Shown one piece after another: positions 1-13,490 of a DNA stretch of 64,000 nt (position 1 is its first letter; every line of letters starts with the position of its first letter). Under the pieces are notes generated by a model that did not search any database, was not told where the DNA came from, and worked only from the letters and a program-made list of their open reading frames with translations. Position numbers and translations under genes: made by a program. Source of the stretch: Mobula hypostoma (taxonomy: Eukaryota); contig NC_086097.1 in NCBI RefSeq assembly GCF_963921235.1, forward strand, positions 21,206,001-21,270,000, given 5' to 3'.

Positions 1-457
1 TGGCAAAAGATCAGAGGGGAGATGTGCCCTCAGGGTAGTAGGACTCTGAACCCCACTACCCATAATGGCTGCAGAAAACTTCAATGTGTTTAAAAAATAC
101 TTCCATGTTTTGGGAGATCTGTGCACCTGGTGATGAACGATGAGATTAGCTTTGGTAACTCTTTTTTGACTGGTATGTACAAGATGAGCCAAGTGGCCTC
201 CCCTGCCATAGCAGCAAAGTATCAAGCCCTTCCACACTCTTTGCCCAGGCTGATCACCAAGTACGTATCTATACTAATTCCATTTACCAGAACTAGGTTA
301 AGAGCCTATGAGCATTTGGCTCATATCTTTCAGATATTTCGTTAATTTTCTGGGAGTATTTGCATGAATGCTTCCTCAGGTAGTGTCTTCTGGATTCCAA
401 TCACCCTTTGATCCCCTTAAACCTCTTATTGCTTGCTTGTCAATTTAAACCTATGTT

Positions 458-3165
458 CCTGGATTTCAGTGCTTTAAAAGGGATAGAGAGGGAGGAAAAA
501 GGGGAGGAGGGGTGGCATTACTGGTCAGGGATACTACTACAGCTACAGAAAGGGTGGGTAATGTAGCAGGATCCTCTTTTGAGTCAATATGGGAGGAAGT
601 CAGGAACAGGAAGGGAGCAGTTACTCTACTGGGGGTATTCTATAGGCCCCCTGGTAGCAGCAGAGATACAGAGGAGCAGATTGGGAGGCAGATTTTGGAA
701 AGGTGCAAAAATAACAGGGTTGTTATCATGGTTGACTTTAACTTCCCTAATATTGATTGGCACCTGATTAGTTCCAAGTGTTTAGATGGGGCAGAATTCG
801 TTAAGTGTGTCCAGGATGGATTCCTGTCACAGTATGTGGACAGGCCGACCAGGGGGAATGCCATACTAGATCTAGTACTAGGTAATGAACCGGGTCAGGT
901 CACAGATCTCTCAGTGGGTGAGCATTTGGGGGACAGTGACCACCGCTCCCTGGCCTTTATAATTATCATGGAAAAGGATAGAATCAAAGAAGACAGGAAA
1001 ATTTTTAATTGGGGAAAGGCAAATTATGAGGCTATAAGGCTAGAACTTGCGGGTGTGAATTGGGATGATGTTTTTGCAGGGAAGTGTACTATGGACATGT
1101 AGTCGATGTTTAGCGATCTCTTGCGGGATGTTAGGGATAAATTTGTCCCAGTGAGGAAGATAAAGAATGGTAGGGTGAAGGAACCATGGGTGACAAGTGA
1201 GGTGGAAAATCTAGTCAGGAGGAAGAAGGCAGCATACATGAGGTTTAGGAAGCAAGGATCAGATGGGTCTATTGAGGAATATAGGGAAGCAAGAAAGGAG
1301 CTTAAGAAGGGGCTGAGAAGAGCAAGAAGGGGGCATGAGAAGGCCTTGGCGAGTAGGGTAAAGGGAAACCCCAAGGCATTCTTCAATTATGTTAAGAAAA
1401 AAAGGATGACAGGAGTGAAGGTAGGACTGATTAGAGATAAAGGTGGGAAGATGTGCCTGGAGGCTGTGGAAGTGAGCGAGGTCCTCAATGAATACTTCTC
1501 TTCGGTATTCATCAATGAGAGGGAACTTGATGATGGTGAGGACAATATGAGTGAGGCTGATGTTCTGGAGCATGCTGATATTAAGGGAGAGGAGGTGTTG
1601 GAGTTGTTAAAATACATTAGGACAGATAAGTCCCTGGGGCCTGACTGAATATTCCCCCAGCTGCTCCACGAGGCGAGGGAAGAGATTGTTGAGCCTCTGG
1701 CTAGGATCTTTATGTCCTTGTTGTCCACGGGAATGGTACTGGAGGATTGGAGGGAGGCGAATGTTGTTCAAAAAAGGTAGTAGGGATAGTCCGGGTAATT
1801 ATAGACCAGTGAGCCTTACGTCTGTGGTGGGTAAGCTGTTGGAAAAGATTCTTAGAGATAGGATCTATAGGCATTTAGAGAATCATGGTCTGATCAGGGA
1901 CAGTCAGCATGGCTTTGTGAAGGGCAGATCGTGTCTAACAAGCCTGATAGAGTTCTTTGAGGAGGTGACCAGGTATATAGATGAGGGTAGTGCAGTGGAT
2001 GTGATCTATATGGATTTTAGTAAGGCATTTGACAAGGTTCCACACGGTAGGCTTATTCAGAAAGTTAGAAGGCATGGGATCCAGGGAAGTTTGGCCAGGT
2101 GGATTCAGAATTGGCTTGCCTGCAGAAGGCAGAGGGTGGTGGTGGAGGGAGTACATTCAGATTGGAGGATTGTGACTAGTGGTGTCCCACAAGGATCTGT
2201 TCTGGGACCTTTACTTTTCGTGATTTTTATTAACGACCTGGATGTGGGGGTAGAAGGGTGGGTTGGCAAGTTTGCAGATGACACAAAGGTTGGTGGTGTT
2301 GTAGATAGTGTAGAGGATTGTCAAAGATTGCAGAGAGACATTGACAGGATGCAGAAGTGGGCTGAGAAGTGGCAGATGGAGTTCAACCCGGAGAAGTGTG
2401 AGGTGGTACACTTTAGAAGGACAAACTCCAAGGCAGAGTACAAAGTAAATGGCAGGATACTTGGTAGTGTGGAGGAGCAGAGGGATCTTGGGGTACATGT
2501 CCACAGATCCCTGAAAGTTGCCTCACAGGTGGATAGGGTAGTTAAGAAAGCTTATGGGGTGTTAGCTTTCATAAGTCGAGGGATAGAGTTTAAGAGTTGC
2601 AATGTAATGATGCAGCTCTATAAAACTCTGGTTAGGCCACACTTGGAGTATTGTGTCCAGTTCTGGTCACCTCACTATAGGAAGGATGTGGAAGCATTGG
2701 AAAGGGTACAGAGGAGATTTACCAGGATGCTGCCTGGTTTAGAAAGTATGCATTATGATCAGAGATTAAGGGAGCTAGGGCTTTACTCTTTGGAGAGGAG
2801 GAGGATGAGAGGAGACATGATAGAGGTGTACAAGATAATAAGAGGAATAGATAGAGTGGATAGCCAGCACCTCTTCCCCAGGGCACCACTGCTCAATACA
2901 AGAGGACATGGCTTTAAGGTAAGGGGTGGGAAGTTCAAGGGGGATATTAGAGGAAGGTTTTTTACTCAGAGAGTGGTTGGTGCGTGGAATGCACTGCCTG
3001 AGTCAGTGGCGGAGGCAGATACACTAGTGAAGTTTAAGAGACTACTAGACAGGTATATGGAGGAATCTAAGGTGGGGGCTTATATGGGAGGTAGGGTTTG
3101 AGGGTCGGCACAACATTGTGGGCCGAAGGGCCTGTACCGTGCTGTACCATTCTATGTTCTATGTT
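458..3165 (+). mobile_element. CR1-clade LINE, 5'-truncated ORF2 (APE endonuclease + reverse transcriptase), relatively young but disrupted
   Basis: ORFs 512-1102 and 1106-1648 (same frame, in-frame stops) and 1686-3101 carry APE motifs (GVFYRPP, DFNFP, LDLVL, SDH) and RT motifs (DFSKAFDKV, GVPQGSVLGP, FADD). There is a small deletion/frameshift near 1767 and a (TTCTATG)n-like tail at about 3150-3165. Confidence 0.95.
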
Positions 3166-3198
3166 ATCTAGTCTTAGATACCTCTGTTATGTGGTAAG

Positions 3199-3876
3199 AC
3201 TCTTGGAGGATCAGAGGGATCTTGGGGTCCAAGTCCATAGTACACTCAAAGCTGCTGCGCAGGTTGACTGTGAGGTTAAGGCATACAGTGCATTGGTCTT
3301 CATCAATCGTGGGATTGAGTTTAAGAGCTGAGAAGTAATGTTACAGCTTTCTAGGACCCTGGTCAGACCCCACTTGGAGTACTGTGCTCAGTTCTGGTCA
3401 CCTCACTACAGGAAGGATGTGGAAACTATAGAAAGGGTGCAGAGGAGATTTACAAGGATGTTGCCTGGATTAGGGAGCATACCCTATGAGAATAGGTTGA
3501 GTGAACTTGGCCTTTTCTCCTTGGAGCGATGGAGGATGAGAGGCATTGATCGTGTGAATAGTCAGAGGCTTTTTTCCAGGGCTGAAATGACTAACGCAAG
3601 AGGGCACCGTTCTAAGGTGCTTGGAAGTAGGTACAGAGATGTCAGGGGCAAGCATTTTTTAGGCAGAGGGTGGTGAGTGCGTGGAATGGGCTGCCGGCGA
3701 CTGTGGTGGAGGCGGATAAGATAGGGTCTTTTAAGAGACTCCTGGATAGGTACACGGAGTTAAGAAAAATAGAGGGCTATGGGTAACCCTAGGTAATTTC
3801 TAAAGTAAATACATGTTCAGCACGGCATCATGGGCCGAAGGGCCTGTATTGTGCTGTAGGTTTTCTATGTTTCTAC
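3199..3876 (+). mobile_element. CR1 LINE 3' fragment
   Basis: ORF 3338-3676 (LVRPHLEYCAQFWSPHYRKD); CR1-type 3' UTR ending ttttctatgtttcta. Confidence 0.9.
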
Positions 3877-4128
3877 GTGTAAAAATGATTCTTTCTACCA
3901 ATCCATGCATGGTTTTGCGTACCCATATCACATCTAACCCTCAGCCTTCTCTGATGCAAGGATAATAACCGCTTATCTACCTTTTGCTTACAACTGAAAA
4001 ATTCTATCCCTAGCAATACCTTCATGAAGCTTTTCTGTGTTTACATCCTCTTGACCAAAACTGTACAAAATACTCCAGCTTTGGCTTAATCAATGTTTCA
4101 TACAGTTATATGAAAACTCCCTATTGTT

Positions 4129-4265
4129 AAACACAAGAAATTCTGCAGATGCTGGAAACCATGAGCAACACATATGAAATGCTGGAGGAACTCAGTAAGT
4201 CAGACAGCCAAGTCAGACAGCCTCTATGGAGGGGAACAAACGGTCAAATGTTTCAGGCTGAGACT
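4129..4265 (-). mobile_element. Penelope-like terminal fragment
   Basis: Reverse complement resembles the terminus of the PLE at 24960-25058 and of other copies (ctgagttcctccagcatt...cagcatctgcagaat). Confidence 0.7.
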
Positions 4266-4405
4266 GTTATTCTTATTTTTTAAGCCACAGCTAATGAAAG
4301 TGAGAATCCCAAATGCCTTCTTCATCACACCAACTACCAATGCAGCCTTCTTCAGGGATATTTGGACTTGAGCATCTTAGTTTCATAATACTCTCAAATT
4401 GTATA

Positions 4406-4570
4406 CTTGTATTGCTATATTTACGCTCTATTCTTGGTGTATTGCTATATTTACACTCTATTCTTGTATTGCTATATTTACGCTCTATTCTTGGTTGGTG
4501 CAGCTGTAACGAAACCCAATTTCCCTCGGGATTAATAAAGTATATCTACCTATCTATCTATCTATCTATC
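4406..4570 (+). repeat. Three tandem ~28-31 bp units followed by a non-LTR 3' end with (TATC)n tail
   Basis: gtattgctatatttac(g/a)ctctattctt occurs three times, followed by aataaagta and a (ctat)n microsatellite. Confidence 0.75.
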
Positions 4571-4705
4571 AAAGGCCTTTCAATTCATAGTGTATGCCTA
4601 ATCCTTACTAGACCTCCCTCCCCCAAAATGCATCACATCACACCTATCAGGATTAATTCTATCTGTAATTTCCGTGCCTAATTTAACAGCTCAATCAATA
4701 CCATT

Positions 4706-4852
4706 GATTTTTACCATTAATCTTGATAAAGTCATCTCGATGAAGGGTCTTGGCCTGAAATGTTGACTGTTTGTTCCTCTGCCTGACCTTCTAAGTTCCT
4801 CCAGCATTTTGTGTGTGCTCTGGATTTTCAGTGTCTGCAGAATCTCTAGTGT
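4706..4852 (+). mobile_element. Penelope-like terminal fragment with degenerate hammerhead motif
   Basis: gatgaagggtcttggcctgaaatgttgact; flanked by tcaatcaata(c/t)catt at 4691-4705 and 4853-4867 (14/15 TSD). Confidence 0.75.
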
Positions 4853-6321
4853 TCAATCAATATCATTCTGTAGTCTAAGATGACTGTCCTCAATACCCAC
4901 ATCACCACCACCAATTTGTGTTGAAAAGAATCTCATGATTCCTTTTCTTATTACACTATTTACTTATTTTTGTCATCTGTTATCATTTTACATATCTGCA
5001 CTGCACTGTTCTGGCAAAACAACAAATTTCATGTTGGTGATAATAAATCTGATTCTGATTTTATAAACTCATGCAGAATTGATATTGGATAATAGGAAAA
5101 TCAAACTGCTTGTGAAAACTGTTTCAATATTACTTTGGTATTTTACCATTTGATGCCAAGAAGGTCAAGTGACAATATCTCCTCTTACTATTGATTCTTT
5201 TTTCTAAACTATTCTCAGCATTTCTACATGTTGACAGTGAGAGTGTGTATTCTAATGGCGTAAAAATTAAGTGCTGATGAATGGTGAAAGGTTTCATTCT
5301 TTACCCTCAGCTGATGTCTCAATCAATGCATGCAGGCTACCTGAGCCCTCAATACTGTAATGTTGAAGGCACATCAGTAACGGATCCTACCCCTCCGTCA
5401 TATCTAATCTGCCAGCTACAAGAATAACATGGCATCAAGGAACAATATCTAAACAGCTGCAGTAAGAGTTGAGGAAGTGTGGGTGAAGGTCAAGTTTCCC
5501 CTATGTGTTTATACCTTATATATTTAAATAATTGATTTCAGTGTCCTCAATATGAAAACCCTCCATGTTCCTATAAAAGTATAAATCTGTTATGGTGGAA
5601 GAGAAATCGTATTGCACTTGTATGACACCTTAATGCAAAGGAACTAGGAAGGCTGATAGACACAGGAGAATATATTGTGACTATTATAGAAACATGGCTT
5701 AAAGGAGGGCAGAAATGCACAACATTTTTGATTGTGGACTTTAAAAAGAGCTGGGAGAGGCAGCAACTTTGTATAAGGAAACAGTTGTGATGATGGGGAA
5801 CATAACTCGAAAGATCCATAAATGAGGTTATATCGGATTAAAAAAAAGAGCACAAAAAACCCATCATGCTGGAAGTACATATTTGGCTAACAAACACTCA
5901 GAGCAGGGCAAAACATTTAAGTATGTAGACAATTTCATAGAGCAAAAATAAAAGGGTAGAAAATTTCAATTACCCTAATATTAACCTGGACTCAAAGGTG
6001 TAGAAGTTGCAGAGTTCTCAGCAGAACATTTTTGAAATCAGTACATCAGGAGAGAAAAAATCTAGATTTGAACCTGGACTGTGGAAGTGGTAGCAGGAAA
6101 AGAACACTCTGGTGGCAGTAATCACAATTTTTTGAGGTTTAGCACAATAATGAAAAGGAACAAAATACGAAGTGAGTAAACATTCTAAACTTGGGGAACA
6201 ACTGTTAACAAGTATAATTTAGCAAAAGTGGAAGAGAAGGAGAGTGTTTGAAAACAAAGACCTTAAGTGTGAGGGAGATTGAAGAGTTCTAGAACTCGAG
6301 CATACATAGGGTTATTATGAG

Positions 6322-6600
6322 GATGTCACCCAGGACACGCCCTCTTCTCATTGCTACCATCGGGCACATACTCAATGATTCAGGAATAGCTTCTTCCCCT
6401 CTGCCATCATATTTCTGAATGGACATTGAACCCATGAGCACTACCTCACTACCTTTTTTCTCTCTTTTTGCATTACCTATTTATATATATTTCTTATTGT
6501 AATTTATAGTTTTTATTATTATGTATTGCAATGCATTGCTGCTGCATAACAACAAATTTCACGACCTATACCAGTGATATTAAACCTGATTCTGATTCTG
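6322..6600 (+). mobile_element. Rex1/Babar-like LINE 3' end
   Basis: Similar to 9603-10065 and to the reverse complement of 14169-14500; ends aaacctgattctgattctg. Confidence 0.7.
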
Positions 6601-6944
6601 AGAAAAGCACTGAAGACTGGAGGTACTCAGCAGGTCAGGCAACGTCTATGGTATTAGAAATAGTGTTAACGTAAAAAGCAAATGACTAGTCATTAAAATG
6701 GCCTTCATATTTGCTTTTATGGCTTTATGAGAATGCTGCTGGGAGTGCTGAATTCTACTGCTGAGGGGAAAGTGGCTATTCCTGGACTCTTTTCTTTGGA
6801 ACAAAAGTGGCTGAAAGGAGATTTAAATGAATATGTATATAATTATATAGGTCCTTGAATGAACAATTATGGAGAATCAGTTCCTTTTAATTGTGTTCAA
6901 TAACTAGGGGGGCAGATTTAAGACAATTTATGGACAGATTAGAG

Positions 6945-7182
6945 GGGGAGGGAGGGAGGGAGGGAACGTTGACTCAAACCATGAGAGGGCTGCGTCGGGC
7001 ATTTTCGTGCCTTACAAGGCGCAGATTGGAGGTCTGTGTGGGACACCACTCCTTGCACAGACACTAGAGCAATGTGTGGTTAAGTGTCTTGCTCAAGGTC
7101 ACAAACATACTGCCACAGCTGAGGCTCGAACTAGCGACCTTCAGATCACTAGAAGAATGCCTTAACCACTTGGTCATGTGCC
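6945..7182 (-). mobile_element. tRNA-derived SINE with (TCCC)n tail
   Basis: Minus-strand head ggcacatgaccaagtggttaagg...gttcgagcc (Pol III A and B boxes); TSD agattagag at 6936-6944 and 7183-7191. Confidence 0.8.
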
Positions 7183-7974
7183 AGATTAGAGATGGGAATT
7201 AAATATATACTTTTCAACCGGGGTGCAAATTTGGAACTCTCTGCTCAAAGAAGGAGGAAGAAAATATTGACAAAGTACATGGGTGCACATCTGAAACTCC
7301 ATAATATACAAGTATATGGAATGAGAGTTGGGAAGTGGAATTGTTTTGAAGAAGATTTTCTTAATAGTTGGTATGGTCTTTCTGTGCAATCAAGTTTTGA
7401 TGCTTCTACCACAGCATCAAGATTAGTGCAATCACTTTATAGTATCAAAGATCACTAATCAGAGTTCGATCTCCTCCTTGGCAATAAGGAGTTTGTACAT
7501 TCTCCTTGTGACCATGTTGCTTTCCTCCACATACCCTGTTTTTCTCCTACATTGCAAGGACGTATGGATTAGTAAGGGGTAGTAAGTTGTGGCCACCAGA
7601 AGTATGCTGACATTTACCGGCTGACCCCAGCATAATCCATGTACATCATGGGCACAAGAAATATAACTTTTTTTAAAAACTGGGTGAACAATAACATCAA
7701 TAAAAATAAAAAGGACTTTAAGAATATCTTACAGTCATACAAAGGTCCTTTTTTATTCAAAGTCTCTCAATTCACTCCTGAAAAACTTAAGTATAAACCA
7801 ATTGACTTCCATTACATGAAACAGATATATATTCAACTCATGTTTATTCACTGATATTAGACAGACTTCTGTGGTGTGTGATTCAAATGCAAAGCAGAAG
7901 CTAATGGTACAAGGAAGAATACAAGATAAAGAAATTAAATACAGAACATGGTAAAAGCTGCACCAGATCAATCT

Positions 7975-9602
7975 CATCTCTTACTTGGCCAATAAAGAGA
8001 TGACACAGGATCGGAAGATACAGAATCCTTATGGGTAGAGTTAAGAAAATGCAAGGGCAAAAATACCCTGATGGGAGTTAAATACAGGCAGCCAAGCAGT
8101 ATCTAGGATGCAGGATGTAAATTACAATGGGAGATAGAAAATGCATGTCAAATGGGCAATGTTACGATAGTCATGGGGGAATTTCATTATGCAGGTAGAT
8201 TGGGAAAATCAGGTTGGTGCTGGATCCCATGAAAGGGAGTTTGTAGAATGCCCATGAGATGGCTTTTTAGAGCAGCTTGTGGTTGAGCTCACAAGGGGAA
8301 AGGTAATTCTAGACTGGGTGCTGTGTAATGAACCAGATTTGATTTGGGAGATGAAGGTAAAGAAACCCTTAGGAGACAGTGATCAAAATATAAAATAATT
8401 CACCCTGCAGTTTAAGTGGAAGAAGCTAAAGTCAAATGTATCAGTCCCACAGTGGAATAAAGGGAATTATAGACACGAGACAGGAGCTTGCCGAAACTGA
8501 TGGAAGGGGACATTAGCATGATGACAGCAGAGCAGTAGTAACTGGAGTTTCTGGGAAGCAATTTGGAAAGCGCAGGATAGATACATCCCAAAGAAAAAGT
8601 ATTCTAAAGAAAGGATAATGAAATCATGGCTGACGAGGGAAGTCAAAGACAGCGTAAAAGCAAAAGAGAGGGCATATAATATAGGAAAAATTAGAGGATT
8701 GGGAAGCTTTTAAAAAACAGAAGGCAACTAAAGAGCCACGCGGAGAGAAAGGATGAAACATGAAGGTTGGCTAACCAATAATATAAAAGAGGGTACCCAA
8801 AGTTTTTTTTAGATATATAAAGAATAAAAGAGAGGCAAAAGTGATTATTGGATCGCTGCAAAATGACGTTGGAAGGTAGTATTGGGGGACAAAGAAATGG
8901 CGAACAAACTTAAAAAGTATTTTGCATCAGCTTTCATTGTGGAAGACAGGAGCAGTATGCCAGAAATTTGAGAGTGTCAGGGGCAGAGGTGAGTGTAGTT
9001 GCTATTACTAAGGAGGTGATTGAGATAATGGACTATGCCCCAGGGTTCTGAAAGAGGTAACTGAAGAGATTGAAGATGCATTAGTAATGATCTTTCAAGA
9101 ATCAAAAGGTTTTGAAATTGCCCCCGAGGACTGGAAAATTGCAAAAATCACTCCACTCTTTAAGAAGAGAGGGAGGCAGAAGAAAGGAAATTATAGGCCT
9201 GTTAGTCTGACCTCAGTGGTTGGGTAGATGTTGGAGTCCATTATCAATGATGAGGATTTTGGGATACTTGGGATACATGATAAAATAGGCCAAAAGTCAG
9301 CAGGGTTTCCTTAAGGGGAAATCTTGCCAGGGAAATCTGTTGGACTTTTTTGGGGAAATAACAAGCAGGATTGAAAAACGGGGAGCAATGGCTTTGTTTC
9401 TTAGGATTTTCAGAAGACCTTTGACAGTTTGCTGGACATGAGGCTGTTTAACAAGATAAGAGCCCATGGTATTACAGCAAAGATACTAGCATGGAAAAAA
9501 AACACTAGCTGACTGGCAGGAGGCAAAGAATGGGAATAAAGAGGGCCTTTTCTAGTTGGCTGTCAGTGATTAGCAGTGTTGTGACCGCTTCTTTCCACTT
9601 TA
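7975..9602 (+). mobile_element. Degenerate CR1 ORF2 (endonuclease to RT)
   Basis: Collinear similarity to the CR1s at 458-3165 and 25296-28168 (e.g. aattataggcctgttagtctgacctcagtggttggg), with many stops and frameshifts. Confidence 0.8.
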
Positions 9603-10065
9603 TTGTAAGTTTCGTCAGCTCCATCTTGAGTACTAGCCTACAAAGTACCCAGGACATCTTACAGGAGTGGTGTCTCAGAAAGGCAGCGTCCATTATTAAG
9701 GACCTCCAGCACCCAGGACATGCTCTTTTCTCACTGTTACTATCAGGTAGGAGGTACAGAAGCCTGAAGGCACACATCCAGCGATTCAGGAACTACTTCT
9801 TCCCCTCTGCCATCCGATTTCTAAATGGACATTGAACCCTTGAACACTACCTCACTTTTCAAAAAAATATATAGTATTTCTGTTTTTTGCATGACTTTTA
9901 ATCTATTCAATATATTTATTCTGTATAAAGTATACTGAATAAGACTTATTTATTATTATTACTATTAGCATTTTTTTCTTCTGTATTATGTATTGCACTG
10001 AACTGCTGCTACTAAGTTAACAAATTTCACGTCACATGCTGGTGATAATAATCCTGATTCTGATT
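9603..10065 (+). mobile_element. Rex1/Babar-like LINE 3' fragment
   Basis: ORF 9530-9835 C-terminus (HPGHALFSLL...RFRNYFFPSAIRFLN) is nearly the same as ORF 14369-14689; (ctgatt)n tail. Confidence 0.8.
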
Positions 10066-10345
10066 TACAGGGTTCCATATTGAAAACTGATTCAAAAAGA
10101 TAAGGCAAATGGGATTCAGATTAAGTTGGGAAAATAGATCCAAGACTGCCTTAGCAGTAAGATGCCTGTAACTAATGGCCTCCTACAGGAATTGGTCCTG
10201 GAGCCACCCACAGCTCCAATCTGCTAAATAAATTTGCCACGGACACTACACTGATTGGCCTTATCTCAAGCAATAACAAGGTGGCCTACAGGGAAGAAGT
10301 CATCTCTCTGACACAGTGGTGTCAAGAAAACAACCTCTCAAAGAG

Positions 10346-11133
10346 GGTATAAAAGGAAATAAGACCCTAAGATATAGGAGCAGAATTAGGCCATTTGGCC
10401 CATCAAGTCTGCTCCGCTATTTCATCATGGCTGATCCATTTTTCCTTTCATCCCCAATCTCCTGCCTTCTTCCCATATCCCTTCACACCCTGACCAATCA
10501 AGAATGAATCAATTTCTGCCTTATACATTAAGATTTGGTCTCCATAGCCGTCATGGCAATAAATTCCACAGAACCACCATCCTCTGGCTAAAGAAATTCC
10601 TCATTTCCATTCTAAAAGGACACCCCTCTATTCTGAGGCTGTGTCCTCTGGTCCTAGGCTTTCCCACCATTGGAAACGTCCTCTCCATATCCACTCTGTC
10701 AGAGCCTTTCAACATTCGATAGGTTCAATGAGGCCATCCCTCGTTCTTCTGAATTCTAGTGAATACAGGCTCAGAGCAATCAAATGCTCTTCATATGACA
10801 AGCCGTTCAATCCTGGAATCATTTTCGTGAACCTCCTTTGAAACCTCTCCAGTTTCAGCACATCCTTTTTAAGATAAGGGGCCCAAACCTGCTCACAATA
10901 CTCCAAGTGAGGCCTCACCAGTGTATTATAAAGCCTCAACAATACATCCTTGCTTTTATATTCTAGTCCTCTTGAAATGAATGCTAACATTGCATTTGCC
11001 TTCCTCACCATAGACACAACCTGCAAATTAACCTTTAGGAATCCTGCACAAGGACTCCCAAGTTCCTTGGCACCTCAGATTTTTGAATTTTCTGTCCATT
11101 CAGAAAATAGTCTACCCTCTTATTTCTTATACC
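10346..11133 (-). mobile_element. CR1 LINE 3' part
   Basis: ORF 10709-11026 (LVRPHLEYCEQVWAPYLKKD). Confidence 0.85.
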
Positions 11134-11135
11134 AT

Positions 11136-11803
11136 TAGAGCAGGCAGCTCATCTTCTCCTATGACTGTCCACCTTGATGTCGAAGATCAAGGTTCGTCGT
11201 CTGCTGTGGCTGATGTGGAAGGCTTGCTTGACTGCTGAGCCTCGCGTATTTTTCTATCACTTAGTTCTTTAATAAGGACTCAAACCATCCTGCAAATATC
11301 CCCTAAACCGACGTACCCTTTCAAAATTTAAAGTCGTACTTTATCATTACTCATTTGGTTTTGATTGTTATCCTTTTTTCTTCCAATTGCATCAGCTCTT
11401 CATCTGTCAGCTCTTGGTGATGGGATGCCAAAACCTCTTCAACATCATCTTCGTCAACTTCCACAAGCCAGACTCACGTTGTCCTTACTTCGTTCACCAC
11501 GATCAAAACGCTTAATTATGTCTAGTTTTACTGTAAGTGTAACACCCTTATGAGCTCTTTCAGGCTTTTCCAATACCATAGAACTCATCTTGCAAACGGC
11601 TGTTCACAAGCTCGTGTTTAAGCAATGCCGGTGAGAATCCAGGGGAGAGCGGCTGCTTGGGGCGCGCTGCCGTTTATTGCGTGCTGATTTTTTTTTTCGT
11701 AACAGTGAAAACACCTTCTGAAAGCGAAAATAGGGTACTAATGTAGGTCTTTCGTAACAGTGAGGTTTCGTAAAGCGAACGTTCGAAAAGTGGGGGACAC
11801 CTG
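11136..11803 (-). mobile_element. pogo/Tigger-type DNA transposon remnant (one end)
   Basis: Terminus TA|CAGGTGTCCCCCACTTTTCG at 11803 with subterminal ttacgaa repeats; minus-strand peptide KGVTLTVKLDIIKRFDRGE resembles an N-terminal HTH-psq; opposite TIR not found. Confidence 0.6.
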
Positions 11804-11805
11804 TA

Positions 11806-13490
11806 CCTAAAAACCACATTCTTAACCATTGACTCTAACATCTTCCCAACCACTGAGATCAGACTAACTGGCCTATAAAATTCCTTTCTTAAGCCTTTCT
11901 CCTTTCTTGAAGAGTGGAGTGACATTTGCAATTTTCCAGTCCTCCGAAACCATTCCAGAATCTAGTGATTCTTGAAAGATCATTACTCTTGAGCCACCTC
12001 TTTCAGAACCCTGCAGTATACACCATCTGGTCCAGGTGACTTATTCTCCTTTAGATCTTTCAGTTTCCATTACCTCTCCCTAGTAACGGCAACTTCACAC
12101 ACTTCTGACCCCTGACAGTGGAACTTCTACCTTACTGCTCATGTCTTCAACAGTGAAGACTGATGCAAAATACCTAATCAGTTCATCTGCCATTTCCTTG
12201 TCCACTATTTCTACCTCTCCAGCATCATTTTCCAGCGGACAAATCTACTCTTGCCTCCCTTTTACAATTTGCCTCAAGACAGCACACACCTCCTCCTCTG
12301 TAATCTGTATGGAGTCCATGAAGTTGATGCCGTTTTGCCTTACTTCTATAGACTCTCTGTCCATCTCCTGGTAAGTGCAAATGCGAAAATGCATTTAAGA
12401 TCTCCCCCTTCTTTTTTGACTCCACACATGAATTACTATTCTGATCTCCCAAAGGACCAATTTTGTCCCTTGCAATCCTTTTGCTCTTAACATATTTGTA
12501 GAATCCCTTAGGATTCTCCTTCACCGTGTCTGCGAAGGTAACTTCATGCCTTCATTTAGCCCTTCCGATTTATTTCTTTCGTGTTCTCTTGCTTTACTTG
12601 GACTCTATAAGCACCTTATTTGTTCCCCTCTGTCTATTGCTGCAATAGACAGGGAGGAACAAATAAGGCTTTTTTTCTTAACCCAAGGCCTCAATATCTT
12701 TTGAAAACCAAAGTTCCCTACACCTGTTATCTTTACCTTTTATTCTGACCCAGGCACATACAAGTTTTCTACTCTCAAAATTACACTTTTGAAGGCGTCC
12801 CACTTACTAAGTACACTTTTGTCATTAAATAGCCTGTCCCAATCCAACTTGCCAGATCCTTTCTCATACCATCAAAATTGACCATTTCTCTAATTTAGAA
12901 TCTTCACCCACAGAGCAGACCTATCTTTATTCAAACTTACTTTGAAACTAATGGCATTGTAATCACTAGATGTAAAGTGTTCTCCTACACAAACTTCTGC
13001 TCTGTCCCATCCACTAACAGCAGATCAAGTACCGCACGCTCTCTCATTGGGACTCCTATGCACAGATTAAGAAAACTTTCCTGAACACGTTTGACAAACT
13101 ATATCCCATCTAGTCCTTTTACAGTATGGGAGTCCTTGTCAATATGTGGAAAGTTAAAATCACCTACTCTATAATAGCCTCATGTTTCTTGTAGCAGTCT
13201 GCAATATCTCTGCAAATTTGATCCTCCAAATAACTCAGACTGTTGAGTGGTCTATAATATGTGACTCAGTTCCATCCATAACATCTCACGAGACAAGTTC
13301 TCCAGTCTGTACTGACTGAACACTGCTTGCCATTTTCCTTGACTAGCAATGTCACTCCTCCTCCTTTAATCCCTCTTGCTCTGTTACACCTAAAACAACA
13401 GAACCCTGGAACATTGAGCTGCCGGTCCAGCCCCTCCTGCAAACAAGTCTCACTAATATCATAATTCCAGGTGTTGATCCATGCCCTAAG
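11806..13490 (-). mobile_element. CR1 fragments (pre-RT and endonuclease regions; probably two copies)
   Basis: ORFs 11674-11931 (YRPVSLISVVGKMLES), 12225-12524 (KENPKGFYKYVKSKR) and 13266-13493 (ISET...GGGV). Confidence 0.8.

Noticed and set aside
512..3101. Active autonomous CR1
   Set aside because: 5'-truncated, with two in-frame stops (1100-1102, 1646-1648) and a frameshift near 1767.
4406..4500. CRISPR-like array
   Set aside because: Head-to-tail tandem duplication without unique spacers, in eukaryotic DNA.
4129..4852. One large element with inverted termini
   Set aside because: The right arm has its own TSD (4691-4705/4853-4867) and old CR1 sequence lies between the arms, so these are two independent PLE-terminus insertions.
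7100..7182. tRNA gene
   Set aside because: The tRNA-like head continues into a SINE body with tail and TSD; no convincing acceptor stem.
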